A DNA stretch of 32,228 nucleotides from an uncultured Saprospirales bacterium (GTDB taxonomy: Bacteria > Bacteroidota > Bacteroidia > Chitinophagales > Saprospiraceae), in contig CAXIDD010000001.1 of NCBI GenBank assembly GCA_964021975.1, positions 1 to 32,228 of the forward strand, read 5' to 3'. This document shows positions 1 to 9,014 of this stretch, piece by piece (the first letter of the stretch is position 1; every line of letters begins with the position of its first letter). The notes beneath the pieces were generated by a model. It saw only the letters and a list, made by a program, of their open reading frames with translations, did no database searches and was not told the DNA's origin. A program made the translations under genes and the position numbers.

Positions 1-1
1 C

Positions 2-382
2 AACGAACAGGCCTGGTTGATGACCATCATGCGGAATTTATTTATCAATGATTATCGCAAGAAAAAACGTCGGCAAACACTACAAGATGGTAGTCCCAAT
101 AGCTATTTATTGAATGCCAGTGAGACCGAAGTTTATAACGATGGAGAAAGTCGGGTGGATTATCAAGCATTGTTGCAAATGATTGATGACTTGGAAGATA
201 ACCTACGTATTCCTTTCCTATTAAATTATGAAGGATACAAATATGAGGAGATTGCCGAGCAGCTAAATATTCCGTTAGGGACGGTCAAAAGTCGCATTTT
301 CTTTGCACGCAAAAGGATGAAAGCCGCCGTCAAAAAACATTATGCCATCTATATCAATAACTATGAACCTACTGCTGCCTAG
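2..382 (+). CDS. ECF-type RNA polymerase sigma-70 factor (5' end outside window)
   Basis: The frame is open from the window edge. NEQAWLMTIMRNLFINDYRKKKRR resembles sigma-70 region 2. YEEIAEQLNIPLGTVKSRIFFARKRM is a region 4.2 helix-turn-helix. The TTG at 17 in the ORF track is probably internal. Confidence 0.85.
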   Translation, partial: NEQAWLMTIMRNLFINDYRKKKRRQTLQDGSPNSYLLNASETEVYNDGESRVDYQALLQMIDDLEDNLRIPFLLNYEGYKYEEIAEQLNIPLGTVKSRIFFARKRMKAAVKKHYAIYINNYEPTAA

Positions 383-418
383 GAGCAGTCATTAAATCAT
401 TTTTACGAACGTATTACC

Positions 419-1165
419 ATGACAAACATTAGCATCAGACTAAATATCAACGATAAACTTTTTCTGCGAGACCCACAGTCAAGTGAACTCGGACAAAGAA
501 TTGTTCAAAATAGCATTTTGTTAATCGACGAATTGGGCTTTGAGGAATTCAATTTTAGAAAACTAGCCGAGCGCATTAATTCAACTGAAGGGTCCATCTA
601 TCGGTATTTTGAAAACAAGCATTACCTGCTTTTATATTTATTGAATTGGTATTGGGAATGGATGAAATTTCGAATCGATTACAATACCATGAATATTATA
701 GACCCAGTCCGGAGGCTGCGTATTTGTATAGAAATGATCGTAGATGCAACTAAACGCAATGCTTCCATAGATTTTGTGGACGAAGATATCCTACATAAAA
801 TCGTGGTTGCAGAGGGCCCCAAAGGATATCATACTAAAACCGTAGATGAGAAAAATAAAGAAGGGTTTTTCTTATCTTATAAAAGCCTGACTCAAAAAAT
901 TGCAGATATCTTTTTGGAGATCAATCCAGCATTTGATTACCCAAGAGCATTGGCAAGTACCTTATTAGAGACCGCAAATAATACCATTTATTTTGCTCAG
1001 CATTTACCAAAGCTGACAGATATAACCCATGATAGTCCTGATTTTCAGGAAAATATACAAAAGATGCTCCGCAATTTAGTGTATGGAGCTTTACAGAAAA
1101 AAGATGCACAGCAGCGCGTGCTACCTCGACAAAATGGAGTATCCAGGACCGCTGCTAAAAAATAA
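419..1165 (+). CDS. TetR/AcrR family transcriptional regulator
   Basis: N-terminal HTH signature FNFRKLAERINSTEGSIYRYFENKHYLL. The 248 aa length is typical of the family. ATG start lies 37 nt after the sigma gene stop. Confidence 0.85.
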   Translation: MTNISIRLNINDKLFLRDPQSSELGQRIVQNSILLIDELGFEEFNFRKLAERINSTEGSIYRYFENKHYLLLYLLNWYWEWMKFRIDYNTMNIIDPVRRLRICIEMIVDATKRNASIDFVDEDILHKIVVAEGPKGYHTKTVDEKNKEGFFLSYKSLTQKIADIFLEINPAFDYPRALASTLLETANNTIYFAQHLPKLTDITHDSPDFQENIQKMLRNLVYGALQKKDAQQRVLPRQNGVSRTAAKK

Positions 1166-1203
1166 TCTTCGTAACGTTTTCTTTGAAAGTAGTTTGTTCG
1201 GAA

Positions 1204-1236
1204 GGCAAAAGGGCACCAAACGAGGAGCCCTTTGCC
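1204..1236 (+). terminator. Hairpin after the TetR gene (weak terminator candidate)
   Basis: ggcaaaagggc (1204-1214) pairs with gccctttgcc (1227-1236) with one bulge. No clear T-run follows. Confidence 0.3.
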
Positions 1237-1291
1237 TAACTTTCAACGGGAGACCTATAATATATTCTAAACCATCCAAATAAATAAAGCT

Positions 1292-2134
1292 ATGAAAACA
1301 TTAAAATTTGTCTTAATCGCCGTGTTGGCAGTTTCTCTTAGTAATTGTGCCGTCGTCAGACAAGGTGAAGTCGGTGTTAAACGTACCTTAGGTAAATATT
1401 CTGATAAAACCTTTACCGAGGGCGTGCGTGCTTTTAATCCCTTTATAACTACTATCGTAAAGGTACCTGTTCAAACCGAAAACCTGGAAGTGGCGCTTAA
1501 TGTCCCCTCCAAAGAAGGCTTAAATATTGGTGCCGAAATTTCTATCCTTTACAGTGTTATTGGCAGCGATGCGCCCGATTTGTTGCGTACAGTCGGCCGA
1601 AGTTATGAGCGCAATGTGGTGCTTCCTGTTTTTCGTTCTACCGTAGCAGATGTCACCTCGCGTTATTTTGCCAAAGATATGCACACCGGCGAAAGAGGGA
1701 CCATTGAGGTTGCTATTCAAAAGCAAATGATGGAGCTACTTAAAAACAGAGGTATCTTGATCGAAGCAGTTTTAATCAAAAGCATTCAATTGCCACCGAA
1801 CTTAGCTCGGGCTATTGAAGAAAAACTACAAGCAGAACAACAAGCACTACGGATGGAGTTCACCTTGCAAGAGGCCCGTCAAGAAGCAGAACGCAGACGG
1901 ATCGAAGCAGCCGGTGTCCGCGACGCCCAAAGTATCATTTCGGAAGGATTAAACCCTAACATTTTACAGTTCAAATCCATTGAAGCCTTTATGGAATTGT
2001 CAAAGTCGCCGAATGCGAAAATCATCGTAACGGATGGTGATATGCCCGTACTAGTTACGCCAAAAACGGATGATGTACCAGCTACTAACACCAGACTCAG
2101 CACTAGCCAAATAACGAGAAAACGGAATAATTAA
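1292..2134 (+). CDS. SPFH/band-7 (prohibitin family) lipoprotein
   Basis: Signal peptide with lipobox LSNC. GEVGVKRTLGKY, the following SPFH core and the coiled-coil AEQQALRMEFTLQEARQEAERRRIEA are typical of the prohibitin/HflC-like family. Confidence 0.85.
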   Translation: MKTLKFVLIAVLAVSLSNCAVVRQGEVGVKRTLGKYSDKTFTEGVRAFNPFITTIVKVPVQTENLEVALNVPSKEGLNIGAEISILYSVIGSDAPDLLRTVGRSYERNVVLPVFRSTVADVTSRYFAKDMHTGERGTIEVAIQKQMMELLKNRGILIEAVLIKSIQLPPNLARAIEEKLQAEQQALRMEFTLQEARQEAERRRIEAAGVRDAQSIISEGLNPNILQFKSIEAFMELSKSPNAKIIVTDGDMPVLVTPKTDDVPATNTRLSTSQITRKRNN

Positions 2135-2166
2135 TTAGTGAAGTAAAGACTCTAAGTAAATTCGTG

Positions 2167-2196
2167 GCCACTCATTTCCCGATGAGTGGCTTTTTT
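2167..2196 (+). terminator. Rho-independent terminator after the SPFH gene
   Basis: A perfect 9-bp stem (gccactcat 2167-2175 / atgagtggc 2182-2190) with a 6-nt loop is followed by tttttt (2191-2196). It sits between convergent genes. Confidence 0.7.
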
Positions 2197-2225
2197 ATTT
2201 ACAAGAGTGACGAAAAAATAAATAT

Positions 2226-2681
2226 TTATTTTTTCGTATTCTTTTCGTAAGTCTTAATCCAATCTTCAACGCTTATTTTAGTAGCCAACTCACCAATTAA
2301 TTCAAAAGGAATATCGTCTACTTTTTTAAAGCGGATACAGCTTTTCCCCATGTCTAATTTTCGTTTAGCATGTTTAGGATATTCTGATTGAAACCATGCT
2401 AATAAATCAGGTTTTGCATAAACCCCCGAATGATACAGCGCAATGTAGTTTTTTTGAGAAGCTATATTAATGAAAGGTAGTGGTAACTTCGGATCAGGAT
2501 GGTAACCGGCAGGATAAATACTTTTGGGCACCACATAACCGATCATCCCATAGCTCATGGTTTCTTCAAAACCCTCCGGCAAGTTATCCAATAATTGTTG
2601 ACGTATTTGTCGCATCGCCTCTGTACGCTCTTCGGGCACTTTGCTAATGTATTCGTCTGGAGAGTTGGCTTCGATTTTCAT
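2226..2681 (-). CDS. DUF1801 (YdhG-like) domain protein
   Basis: The 151 aa length and the pattern SPDEYISKVPEERTEAMRQIRQQLLDNLPEGFEETMSYGMIGY...NYIALY match my recollection of the DUF1801 family. Confidence 0.7.
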   Translation of the reverse strand: MKIEANSPDEYISKVPEERTEAMRQIRQQLLDNLPEGFEETMSYGMIGYVVPKSIYPAGYHPDPKLPLPFINIASQKNYIALYHSGVYAKPDLLAWFQSEYPKHAKRKLDMGKSCIRFKKVDDIPFELIGELATKISVEDWIKTYEKNTKK

Positions 2682-2722
2682 AACTTAGATATTTGGTTAA
2701 TAATAGACTTTATTCTAAGAAG

Positions 2723-3793
2723 CTACAGCCACTTCTTCCTTCTAAAATAAATTACCATAACAACAAAAACAAGTAGCATCACACCAAGCAAAGCAAAATA
2801 ACCATATCTCCAATGCAATTCTGGCATATGATCAAAGTTCATCCCATAAATTCCTGCGAGAAAAGTCAAAGGAATAAATATAGTCGATACAATAGTCAAT
2901 ACTTGCATGACACTATTGGTTCGGAAACTCAATTCAGAAAGTAAAAGATCCTGTAAGCCGTTCAAGTTATCTCGATAAGTCTCGTTGATCTCCAACACTT
3001 GTACTACATGATCGTGTAAATCCCTCAAGTAAACCATAGTTGGCTCTTGGATGATTTCATTTTCTAGAGTCAAGATGGTTTTAAGTAATTCTCTAAGTGG
3101 AAAAACCATCTTTCGGAAATCCACTAACTCTTGGCGTAAAGCATAAATCGTCGATCGACTACTAAGGTCTGCATGCGCGATAATATCAGCTTCTAATGCT
3201 TCCATTTCGTCCTCTAATGCCTCTAAAACGAGGTAATATTGGTCAACAATACTATCCATTAGAGCATACAAAAGATAATCTGCCTTTCGTTTGCGAATTC
3301 GTCCACTGCTTTTTTCTAATCGGGTTCGCACACTATGAAAAAGATCATCGGCATCTTCTTGAAAAGAAAGGATAAAATCCGATCCTAACAATAGAGATAT
3401 ATGCTCTGTATGCAGTTGTTTTTTCGCTTTAGAAAAAGAAAGGGCTTTTAAAGTAACAAAGATTTGTGCTTCGTATTCATCAACTTTAGGTCTTTGAAAA
3501 GTATCCACGGTATCCTCTAAAGACAAAGGATGCACCTTAAAGATTTGACCAATTGCCGTTATGAGTTCTGCATCATGCAGGCCTCGTACATCATACCATT
3601 GTATAAAGTTAGGATCATCCTGGTGAAAATTGGCCAACTCTTGGTTGTCCAGGTCCTGAAAATTCATTTCCTGCTCATTGTAAGCGAGGTAGTGAATTTT
3701 GATTTGCTCCACCTTACGTTTTCCTGTGAAAACGATGGTGCCTGGTGCCAAGCCTGTACTTTTTTTACCCTTTTTATTGCGTTTAGGACTCAT
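2723..3793 (-). CDS. corA: CorA-family magnesium/cobalt transporter
   Basis: 356 aa with two C-terminal TM helices carrying the YGMNF (GMN) signature, preceded by a long cytoplasmic domain. The start overlaps the upstream mscS-like stop by 11 nt. Confidence 0.9.
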   Translation of the reverse strand: MSPKRNKKGKKSTGLAPGTIVFTGKRKVEQIKIHYLAYNEQEMNFQDLDNQELANFHQDDPNFIQWYDVRGLHDAELITAIGQIFKVHPLSLEDTVDTFQRPKVDEYEAQIFVTLKALSFSKAKKQLHTEHISLLLGSDFILSFQEDADDLFHSVRTRLEKSSGRIRKRKADYLLYALMDSIVDQYYLVLEALEDEMEALEADIIAHADLSSRSTIYALRQELVDFRKMVFPLRELLKTILTLENEIIQEPTMVYLRDLHDHVVQVLEINETYRDNLNGLQDLLLSELSFRTNSVMQVLTIVSTIFIPLTFLAGIYGMNFDHMPELHWRYGYFALLGVMLLVFVVMVIYFRRKKWL

Positions 3794-4634
3794 GCTTGGC
3801 TACTTTTTGTACGATTGTCCGGTGTGGGTAGGGAATCTCAATTCCAGACTGGTCAAATCGTTTTTTAATACTTTCCAATACATCACAACTGAGGGCAAAA
3901 GCATCTGCATTGTCTTTAACCCAAGCCCAAGCCCGCAAGTTTACACCAGAGTCTCCTAATAAAGTTAATCGAACAGGCACGATCGGTGCATTGGCTTCAA
4001 TTTGCTCGGGATTACGATTATCTATTATTAGTGGGTGAGCAAGAATCTCTTCTGCTATAATTTGCTTCGCCAAGTCAATATCACTTTCATAGCTAATGCT
4101 CAACTCTATCCATTTACAGATTTTTCCATCCGTAAAGTCAGCATTTACAATTACCTCATTGCTAATCACCGAATTGGGAATAATAATTCGTCGATTTTCA
4201 AAATCACGAATAACCGTATGTCTCAAAGTGATATCCTCTACCACACCAGCACGTGTACCAATAGTCAAGCGATCATTCACTTTGAATGGTTTAAAAATAA
4301 CAATAAAGATGCCCCCTACGATATTACTCAGCGCATGTTGAGAAGCAAAGCCCATGGCTACTGCAATGATACCAGCCCCCGTTAACAAACTACCAGCAAG
4401 TGTCTTAAATTGTGGCAACTGAAAGAGTGCTAAGCCAAAGCCAACCGTATAGATTAAACCAACAGAAAGGTGTCGCAAAAACAAGTAGTTGGTTGGGTTG
4501 TGGTCTTGTATGATGGGCTTTTTTCTCAGGCGTTTAAAAGACCGACTGACAATAGCCGCTAAAATAATTGTGCCAAAAAACATGCCCAAAAAATAGAGTA
4601 AGCTTTGTGTGGAGGCCGAAAGATTCAAATTCAT
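3783..4634 (-). CDS. MscS-family small-conductance mechanosensitive channel
   Basis: 283 aa with three N-terminal TM segments. The pore-helix region GAGIIAVAMGFASQHALSNIVGGIFIVIFKPFKVNDRL is typical of MscS. Confidence 0.85.
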   Translation of the reverse strand: MNLNLSASTQSLLYFLGMFFGTIILAAIVSRSFKRLRKKPIIQDHNPTNYLFLRHLSVGLIYTVGFGLALFQLPQFKTLAGSLLTGAGIIAVAMGFASQHALSNIVGGIFIVIFKPFKVNDRLTIGTRAGVVEDITLRHTVIRDFENRRIIIPNSVISNEVIVNADFTDGKICKWIELSISYESDIDLAKQIIAEEILAHPLIIDNRNPEQIEANAPIVPVRLTLLGDSGVNLRAWAWVKDNADAFALSCDVLESIKKRFDQSGIEIPYPHRTIVQKVAKHES

Positions 4635-4638
4635 GAGC

Positions 4639-5049
4639 TTATTTATTTTTTTCTTTTAGACGAGTACTATTGTCTAACAACCAATGTCCTAAACCTACCA
4701 GCCGTTCGGCTAATCCTTCTCCAAATGGCGTCAAACTGTACTCCACTTTTGGTGGCACTTCTGCATAGACATTGCGCTTGACAATATCATTTCGTTCTAA
4801 CTTCTTTAAAGTTACGGAAAGCATTCGTGCAGAAATGCCTGTAATATTACCTTTAAGTTCATTAAAGCGCAATACTTTGTAATAACCTAAATTCATAATA
4901 CAAAAAAGACTCCACTTATCCATAGACGCAGAAAAGAGTTGCGCAGTCGGGCAAAGACCAGACTCTAACAATGGCCGCGTTTTTATAAAATAATCTTTGA
5001 TGTTTTTTTTGAGTGTAAACTCCTCATTATCAGCTTTAGTTACTACCAT
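4639..5049 (-). CDS. HxlR-family winged-helix transcriptional regulator
   Basis: Signature KWSLFCIMNLGYYKVLRFNELKGNITGISARMLSVTLKKLERNDIVKRNVYAEVPPKVEYSLTPFG. The stop lies 4 nt before the mscS-like start. Confidence 0.85.
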   Translation of the reverse strand: MVVTKADNEEFTLKKNIKDYFIKTRPLLESGLCPTAQLFSASMDKWSLFCIMNLGYYKVLRFNELKGNITGISARMLSVTLKKLERNDIVKRNVYAEVPPKVEYSLTPFGEGLAERLVGLGHWLLDNSTRLKEKNK

Positions 5050-5050
5050 G

Positions 5051-5072
5051 TTACTGAGTTATGGGACAGTAA
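5051..5072. promoter_or_regulatory. Inverted repeat TTACTG-N10-CAGTAA directly upstream of the hxlR start
   Basis: ttactg (5051-5056) and cagtaa (5067-5072) are reverse complements. GTTACT half-sites also occur at 5039-5044, 5050-5055 and 5142-5147. Confidence 0.3.
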
Positions 5073-5125
5073 GTTCTTGTATCTCTAAGACAGAAGGTCT
5101 ACTTTGTTCCCAGATGATCAATTTT

Positions 5126-5139
5126 TTCAAATAGCTTCT
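5126..5139 (-). repeat. Copy D of the recurrent intergenic motif AGAAGCTATTTGAA (reverse orientation)
   Basis: ttcaaatagcttct is the reverse complement of agaagctatttgaa, which also occurs at 14135-14148 and 19389-19402. Confidence 0.7.
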
Positions 5140-5140
5140 A

Positions 5141-5157
5141 AGTTACTAAAAGTAACT
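5141..5157. promoter_or_regulatory. Perfect palindrome AGTTACT-AAA-AGTAACT in the hxlR/DinB divergent region (operator candidate)
   Basis: 7-bp arms with a 3-nt spacer, 14 nt upstream of the DinB ATG. The arms contain TACT...AGTA half-sites. Confidence 0.35.
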
Positions 5158-5170
5158 ATAATTCAAAAAT

Positions 5171-5716
5171 ATGTTTCCTACTTCCATACAAGATAAACCA
5201 AGCATCCAAGAAGGATTAAAAGCACAATACCATACGCTATTAGGCTGGCTAAGAGCGAATCCTGACGAGCAATTCTCAGCAATCAGATATCCAGATAAAT
5301 GGACAGTTGGCCAACATGCTTATCATCTCATACAAAGCACAGAGCCGCTTAATCAAGCGCTTGCCTTACCTAAAATGGCACTAAGAGGCTTATTCGGAAA
5401 AAAGAATGAACGTCCAGAACGTAGCTACCCAGAATTGGTACAATATTATCAAGGCAAACTGAGCAAAGGAGGACGTGCTCCCAGTAAATATGAGCCTCCA
5501 ATCATCACCAATACGCAGAAGCCAGTAATCCTCAATCAGCTCTCTAATGAATTGGAAAAGCTAGAAAAAAACTTAACTAAATGGGAGGAAGATCAAATGA
5601 GCATCTACTTGCTACCTCACCCACTAATGGGAAAATTAACCATCCGAGAAATGCTGTTTTTTACCGTTTATCACACCGGACATCATCATCGGATTTTGGC
5701 AGAAAAGTATAGTTGA
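5171..5716 (+). CDS. DinB-family (DinB_2-like) metal-dependent protein
   Basis: 181 aa. The histidine pattern GQHAYHL ... YHTGHHHRIL is typical of the DinB four-helix-bundle superfamily. Confidence 0.75.
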   Translation: MFPTSIQDKPSIQEGLKAQYHTLLGWLRANPDEQFSAIRYPDKWTVGQHAYHLIQSTEPLNQALALPKMALRGLFGKKNERPERSYPELVQYYQGKLSKGGRAPSKYEPPIITNTQKPVILNQLSNELEKLEKNLTKWEEDQMSIYLLPHPLMGKLTIREMLFFTVYHTGHHHRILAEKYS

Positions 5717-5782
5717 TTTTTTGAAACCTTATGAGGCATATAAGATTATATATGAGCATGCTTAAATGACCTTATAATCCTT

Positions 5783-6664
5783 ATGTGGTTTAAAAAATTA
5801 ACCCTAGCTGTAAAAACACAAAATCAACTAACAAAAATGCAAGTACTCCAGCTCTACTTCAAAATCCTAGATCGTATCTCTCCGACCTTAGCCGCTCATA
5901 AAATGTACACCGTAATGACCAATCCACGTGTACGCAAACTTCGAGATTTTGAAGAGCAAGTACTCAATCAGGCCAAACAAAAACGTATTCCTTTTAAAGG
6001 CTTTGAAATACAAACTTATTGCTGGGGGAGTAAAGAAGGGAAAACAGCCCTAATGGTCCACGGTTGGGAAGGTCAGGCTGGAAACTTTGGATCTATTATT
6101 CCCGAATTAGTGAATCAAGGCTATCAGGTGGTTGCCTATGATGCGCCCGCCCATGGCCGTAGCTCAAAAGGAAAAACAAACATGTTTGATATTCCAGATT
6201 TGACTGGCTCTCTTTTAACAGAATATCGTCCCGAACTAATCATCAGTCATTCCTTCGGTTCCGTAATCACAGCGATGAGCTTGAAAAAGCATATGGACGT
6301 GCGCATAAAGAATTGGATAATGATCACAACTCCTTATATCTATATCAATTACATCAAAGGCGTAACAAAATATTTTGGCCTATCTCAAAAGACTTTTAAA
6401 AAACTCATCAAACTAGTAGAAGTCAACCTTGGAGAACCCATTGAAAATCTGAATATGGCTTCCTATTGTGCTTCTTTAGAAAATATTGAAGAAGCGACCA
6501 TCATCCATTCCATCAAAGACAAAGTTATCCCAATCAATTCGGCTAGGAAGACCAACGCAGGATTCAAAAAATCCCAATTAATCGAACTGGACAACCTTGG
6601 GCATTATGGTATTTTATGGTCTGATCAGACTAAAGAGGTCATCAAAAAACTCATTGCTAAGTAA
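5783..6664 (+). CDS. Alpha/beta-fold hydrolase
   Basis: HGWEGQAGNF oxyanion region, nucleophile elbow SHSFGS and C-terminal LGHYG histidine region. The start is uncertain (ATG 5783 or ATG 5837). Confidence 0.8.
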   Translation: MWFKKLTLAVKTQNQLTKMQVLQLYFKILDRISPTLAAHKMYTVMTNPRVRKLRDFEEQVLNQAKQKRIPFKGFEIQTYCWGSKEGKTALMVHGWEGQAGNFGSIIPELVNQGYQVVAYDAPAHGRSSKGKTNMFDIPDLTGSLLTEYRPELIISHSFGSVITAMSLKKHMDVRIKNWIMITTPYIYINYIKGVTKYFGLSQKTFKKLIKLVEVNLGEPIENLNMASYCASLENIEEATIIHSIKDKVIPINSARKTNAGFKKSQLIELDNLGHYGILWSDQTKEVIKKLIAK

Positions 6665-6800
6665 GAGACTCGACATAGACAGGAAGGTTTTCGTTTTCTA
6701 ATGGCTCTTCGTAGTTATTGAAGCTCCATTCGGCTATTGTTGAGCAAGTTGATTTGTCAAAGGCAATAAGAACTTTATATTGCAAGTGCAAACTACGCTA

Positions 6801-9014
6801 ATGAAAAAAATATTCGGATCCTTTTTCTTGGCTAGCCTCTTTTTGGGAGTGCAAGCTCAAGACAATATCGACGTTGAAAGACGTCAACTAACCATCACCA
6901 CGACTACCGAACCTATCCAAGTTGATGGCAACCTTTCGGAAAATGTTTGGCAGACGGCACCCGCTGTCACTAATTTTGAACTCAATCAACCAATTGATGG
7001 TCAACGTGCTAAAAAACAAACAGTCGTCCAAATCATCCATGATGAACGCTATGTCTACATTGCAGCCAAAATGTGGGATGACCCCGACTATATTATCCAA
7101 ACCCTTAAAAGAGATAATACGGCTGAAAATGATGAATTCAGCGTTTTGATCGATCCCGTTGGGCAACGAACCAATGGTTTCCTATTCTCAACCAGTGCTT
7201 ACGGCGTACAATCCGAAGCCCTAATTTCTGCTTCAGGTACGGGCTTGTCCTCTACCAACTTAGATTTGAGCTGGGACAACCGATGGTTTTCTGAGGTACA
7301 ACGCCATGCAGACTATTGGACTGTAGAAATAGCCATTCCTTTCAAAACATTAAGATATAAAGCCAATATTAAAGAATGGGGCATCAATTTTTACAGATTG
7401 GAACCCGGTTCTAATGAAATTCATACTTGGTCACCTGTACCTCGGCAATTTGATTTCTTTGATTTAGGATATACGGCCTCCATGATCTGGAATAAAGCAC
7501 CCGAAAAACAAGGGAGCAACGTCTCTTTTATTCCATATGCCACCACCCGTATGGAGCAAGTGAATACCGAAAATGGAAAAGAAACAGATTATAAATTCGA
7601 TGTCGGTTTGGATGCGAAAGTGGCCATTACTCCAACCCTAAATTTGGACTTAACCGTCAATCCTGACTTTTCGCAAGTTGAAGTAGATCGACAGGTAACC
7701 AACTTGACGCGGTTCAATATTTTCTTTCCAGAACGGCGACAATTTTTCCTCGAAAATGCCGATGTCTTTAACGAGTTTGGTCAATTTGCCGAACGTCCAT
7801 TTTATTCTCGTCGCATTGGTTTGGATCCATCGGGGCAAACCGTTCCTATTAATTATGGAGTTCGCTTGAGTGGCAACCTCAATAATCGGCTCCGAATAGG
7901 TGCTTTCAACATGCACAGTGGTGCTGGTGACAATGGACCCGCACAAAATTATAGTTCCTTGACTTTCCAACAACGCATCTGGGAACGCTCATCAATCAAA
8001 GGCATCTTCCTCAATCGACAAGCTTTCAGCGATGGAGAGTTGCAGGATGATGATTACGGCCGTAACCTCGGTGGGGAATTCAATTACAGCACATCGGATG
8101 GTAAATGGACAGCTTTAGGTGGTTATCTGCATTCTTTTAAAGAAGGGTTTGACGATGAAAACCAGCATGTCTATGGCCGCTTTAGCTACAGCGGACAGCA
8201 ATTCCGTACTTTCTTAACGCTACAAAGTATGGGTGAAAACTATTTCGCTGATATGGGCTTCACAGGTCGGCTTTTCAATTTTAATCCGCTAACCAATGAA
8301 GTAGAAAGGATCGGTTTTACCCAAGTGGCCAATATGATGGATTATTATATTTATCCAAAAAACAGTGAGAAAGTCAATTTTCATTGGTCTGGCTTGGAGA
8401 ATTTTATCTATTTCAATCATGATATTGGGCTAAATGAATGGTATACCAGGCTACGGCATTTTATCTTTTTCAAAAACACCAGCCAATTGCGGTTTCGCTT
8501 AAATAATAATTACATTGATTTAGCGGTACCTTTTGCCCTTACGGAAACTCCTCTGCCAATTGGGGATTACAACATGACCGAGTTCAACGTTCAGTTTAAT
8601 ACGGATGTACGAAAATTGGTCAACACAGAATGGTTTGTCGTCTATGGGCAGTTTTACAATGGGACGAAATTGACCTACCGAGGTAGCTTGAACTACCGGG
8701 TGCAACCTTGGGGGACCTTCACTTTGGGCATTGAGCAAAACCACATTCGATTGCCGGCACCTTACGGTGATTTAGATTTGACTTTAGCAACGGGGCGTTT
8801 CGAAGTGAACTTCACCAACAACTTATTCTGGACGACTTTCTTACAATACAATACCCAAGCAGACAACTTCAACATTAATAGCCGATTCCAATGGCGATTC
8901 GCACCGATGTCGGATGTATTCTTGGTTTATACAGATAATTATGTCGTTGATGGAATGTTTGGGCCTAAAAACCGATCTTTAGTTTTGAAAATGAATTATT
9001 GGCTAACATTGTAG
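6801..9014 (+). CDS. DUF5916 / carbohydrate-binding-family-9-like outer-membrane protein
   Basis: Signal peptide MKKIFGSFFLASLFLGVQAQ. The N-terminal IQVDGNLSENVWQTAPAV...IHDERYVYIAAKMWD...DEFSVLIDP pattern is CBM9-like, and the long C-terminal region is beta-rich. I prefer ATG 6801 over the TTG at 6780. Confidence 0.75.
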   Translation: MKKIFGSFFLASLFLGVQAQDNIDVERRQLTITTTTEPIQVDGNLSENVWQTAPAVTNFELNQPIDGQRAKKQTVVQIIHDERYVYIAAKMWDDPDYIIQTLKRDNTAENDEFSVLIDPVGQRTNGFLFSTSAYGVQSEALISASGTGLSSTNLDLSWDNRWFSEVQRHADYWTVEIAIPFKTLRYKANIKEWGINFYRLEPGSNEIHTWSPVPRQFDFFDLGYTASMIWNKAPEKQGSNVSFIPYATTRMEQVNTENGKETDYKFDVGLDAKVAITPTLNLDLTVNPDFSQVEVDRQVTNLTRFNIFFPERRQFFLENADVFNEFGQFAERPFYSRRIGLDPSGQTVPINYGVRLSGNLNNRLRIGAFNMHSGAGDNGPAQNYSSLTFQQRIWERSSIKGIFLNRQAFSDGELQDDDYGRNLGGEFNYSTSDGKWTALGGYLHSFKEGFDDENQHVYGRFSYSGQQFRTFLTLQSMGENYFADMGFTGRLFNFNPLTNEVERIGFTQVANMMDYYIYPKNSEKVNFHWSGLENFIYFNHDIGLNEWYTRLRHFIFFKNTSQLRFRLNNNYIDLAVPFALTETPLPIGDYNMTEFNVQFNTDVRKLVNTEWFVVYGQFYNGTKLTYRGSLNYRVQPWGTFTLGIEQNHIRLPAPYGDLDLTLATGRFEVNFTNNLFWTTFLQYNTQADNFNINSRFQWRFAPMSDVFLVYTDNYVVDGMFGPKNRSLVLKMNYWLTL

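Noticed and set aside
921-1283. Track ORFs 921-1109 (-) and 1083-1283 (+)
   Set aside because: The first is antisense inside the well-supported TetR gene. The second overlaps the TetR 3' end out of frame and runs through the hairpin at 1204-1236. Neither has a recognisable motif.
1520-2103. Antisense ORFs 1520-1726 and 1879-2103 inside the SPFH gene
   Set aside because: They are embedded opposite a gene with strong family signatures, and their composition is typical of antisense frames.
3530-4385. Plus-strand ORFs 3530-3868, 3699-3959, 4035-4385, 4096-4341
   Set aside because: All lie opposite corA or the MscS-like gene. Their translations are low-complexity with no motifs.
6780-6800. Alternative upstream non-ATG starts in the track (TTG 6780, GTG 9088, ATG 11468, GTG 16965, TTG 19304, GTG 19414, GTG 27604)
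   Set aside because: In each case a downstream ATG gives a canonical N-terminus: a signal peptide, MKLNLLAFG for MoaD, or MSTSIVSYNINGIR for Xth. The longer form would instead overlap a hairpin, a -7 box or the preceding gene. These calls are inference, not proof.
6888-8744. ORFs 6888-7166 (-), 6922-7149 (+), 7650-7973 (-), 8520-8744 (-)
   Set aside because: They are nested within the DUF5916 gene in other frames and have no independent support.
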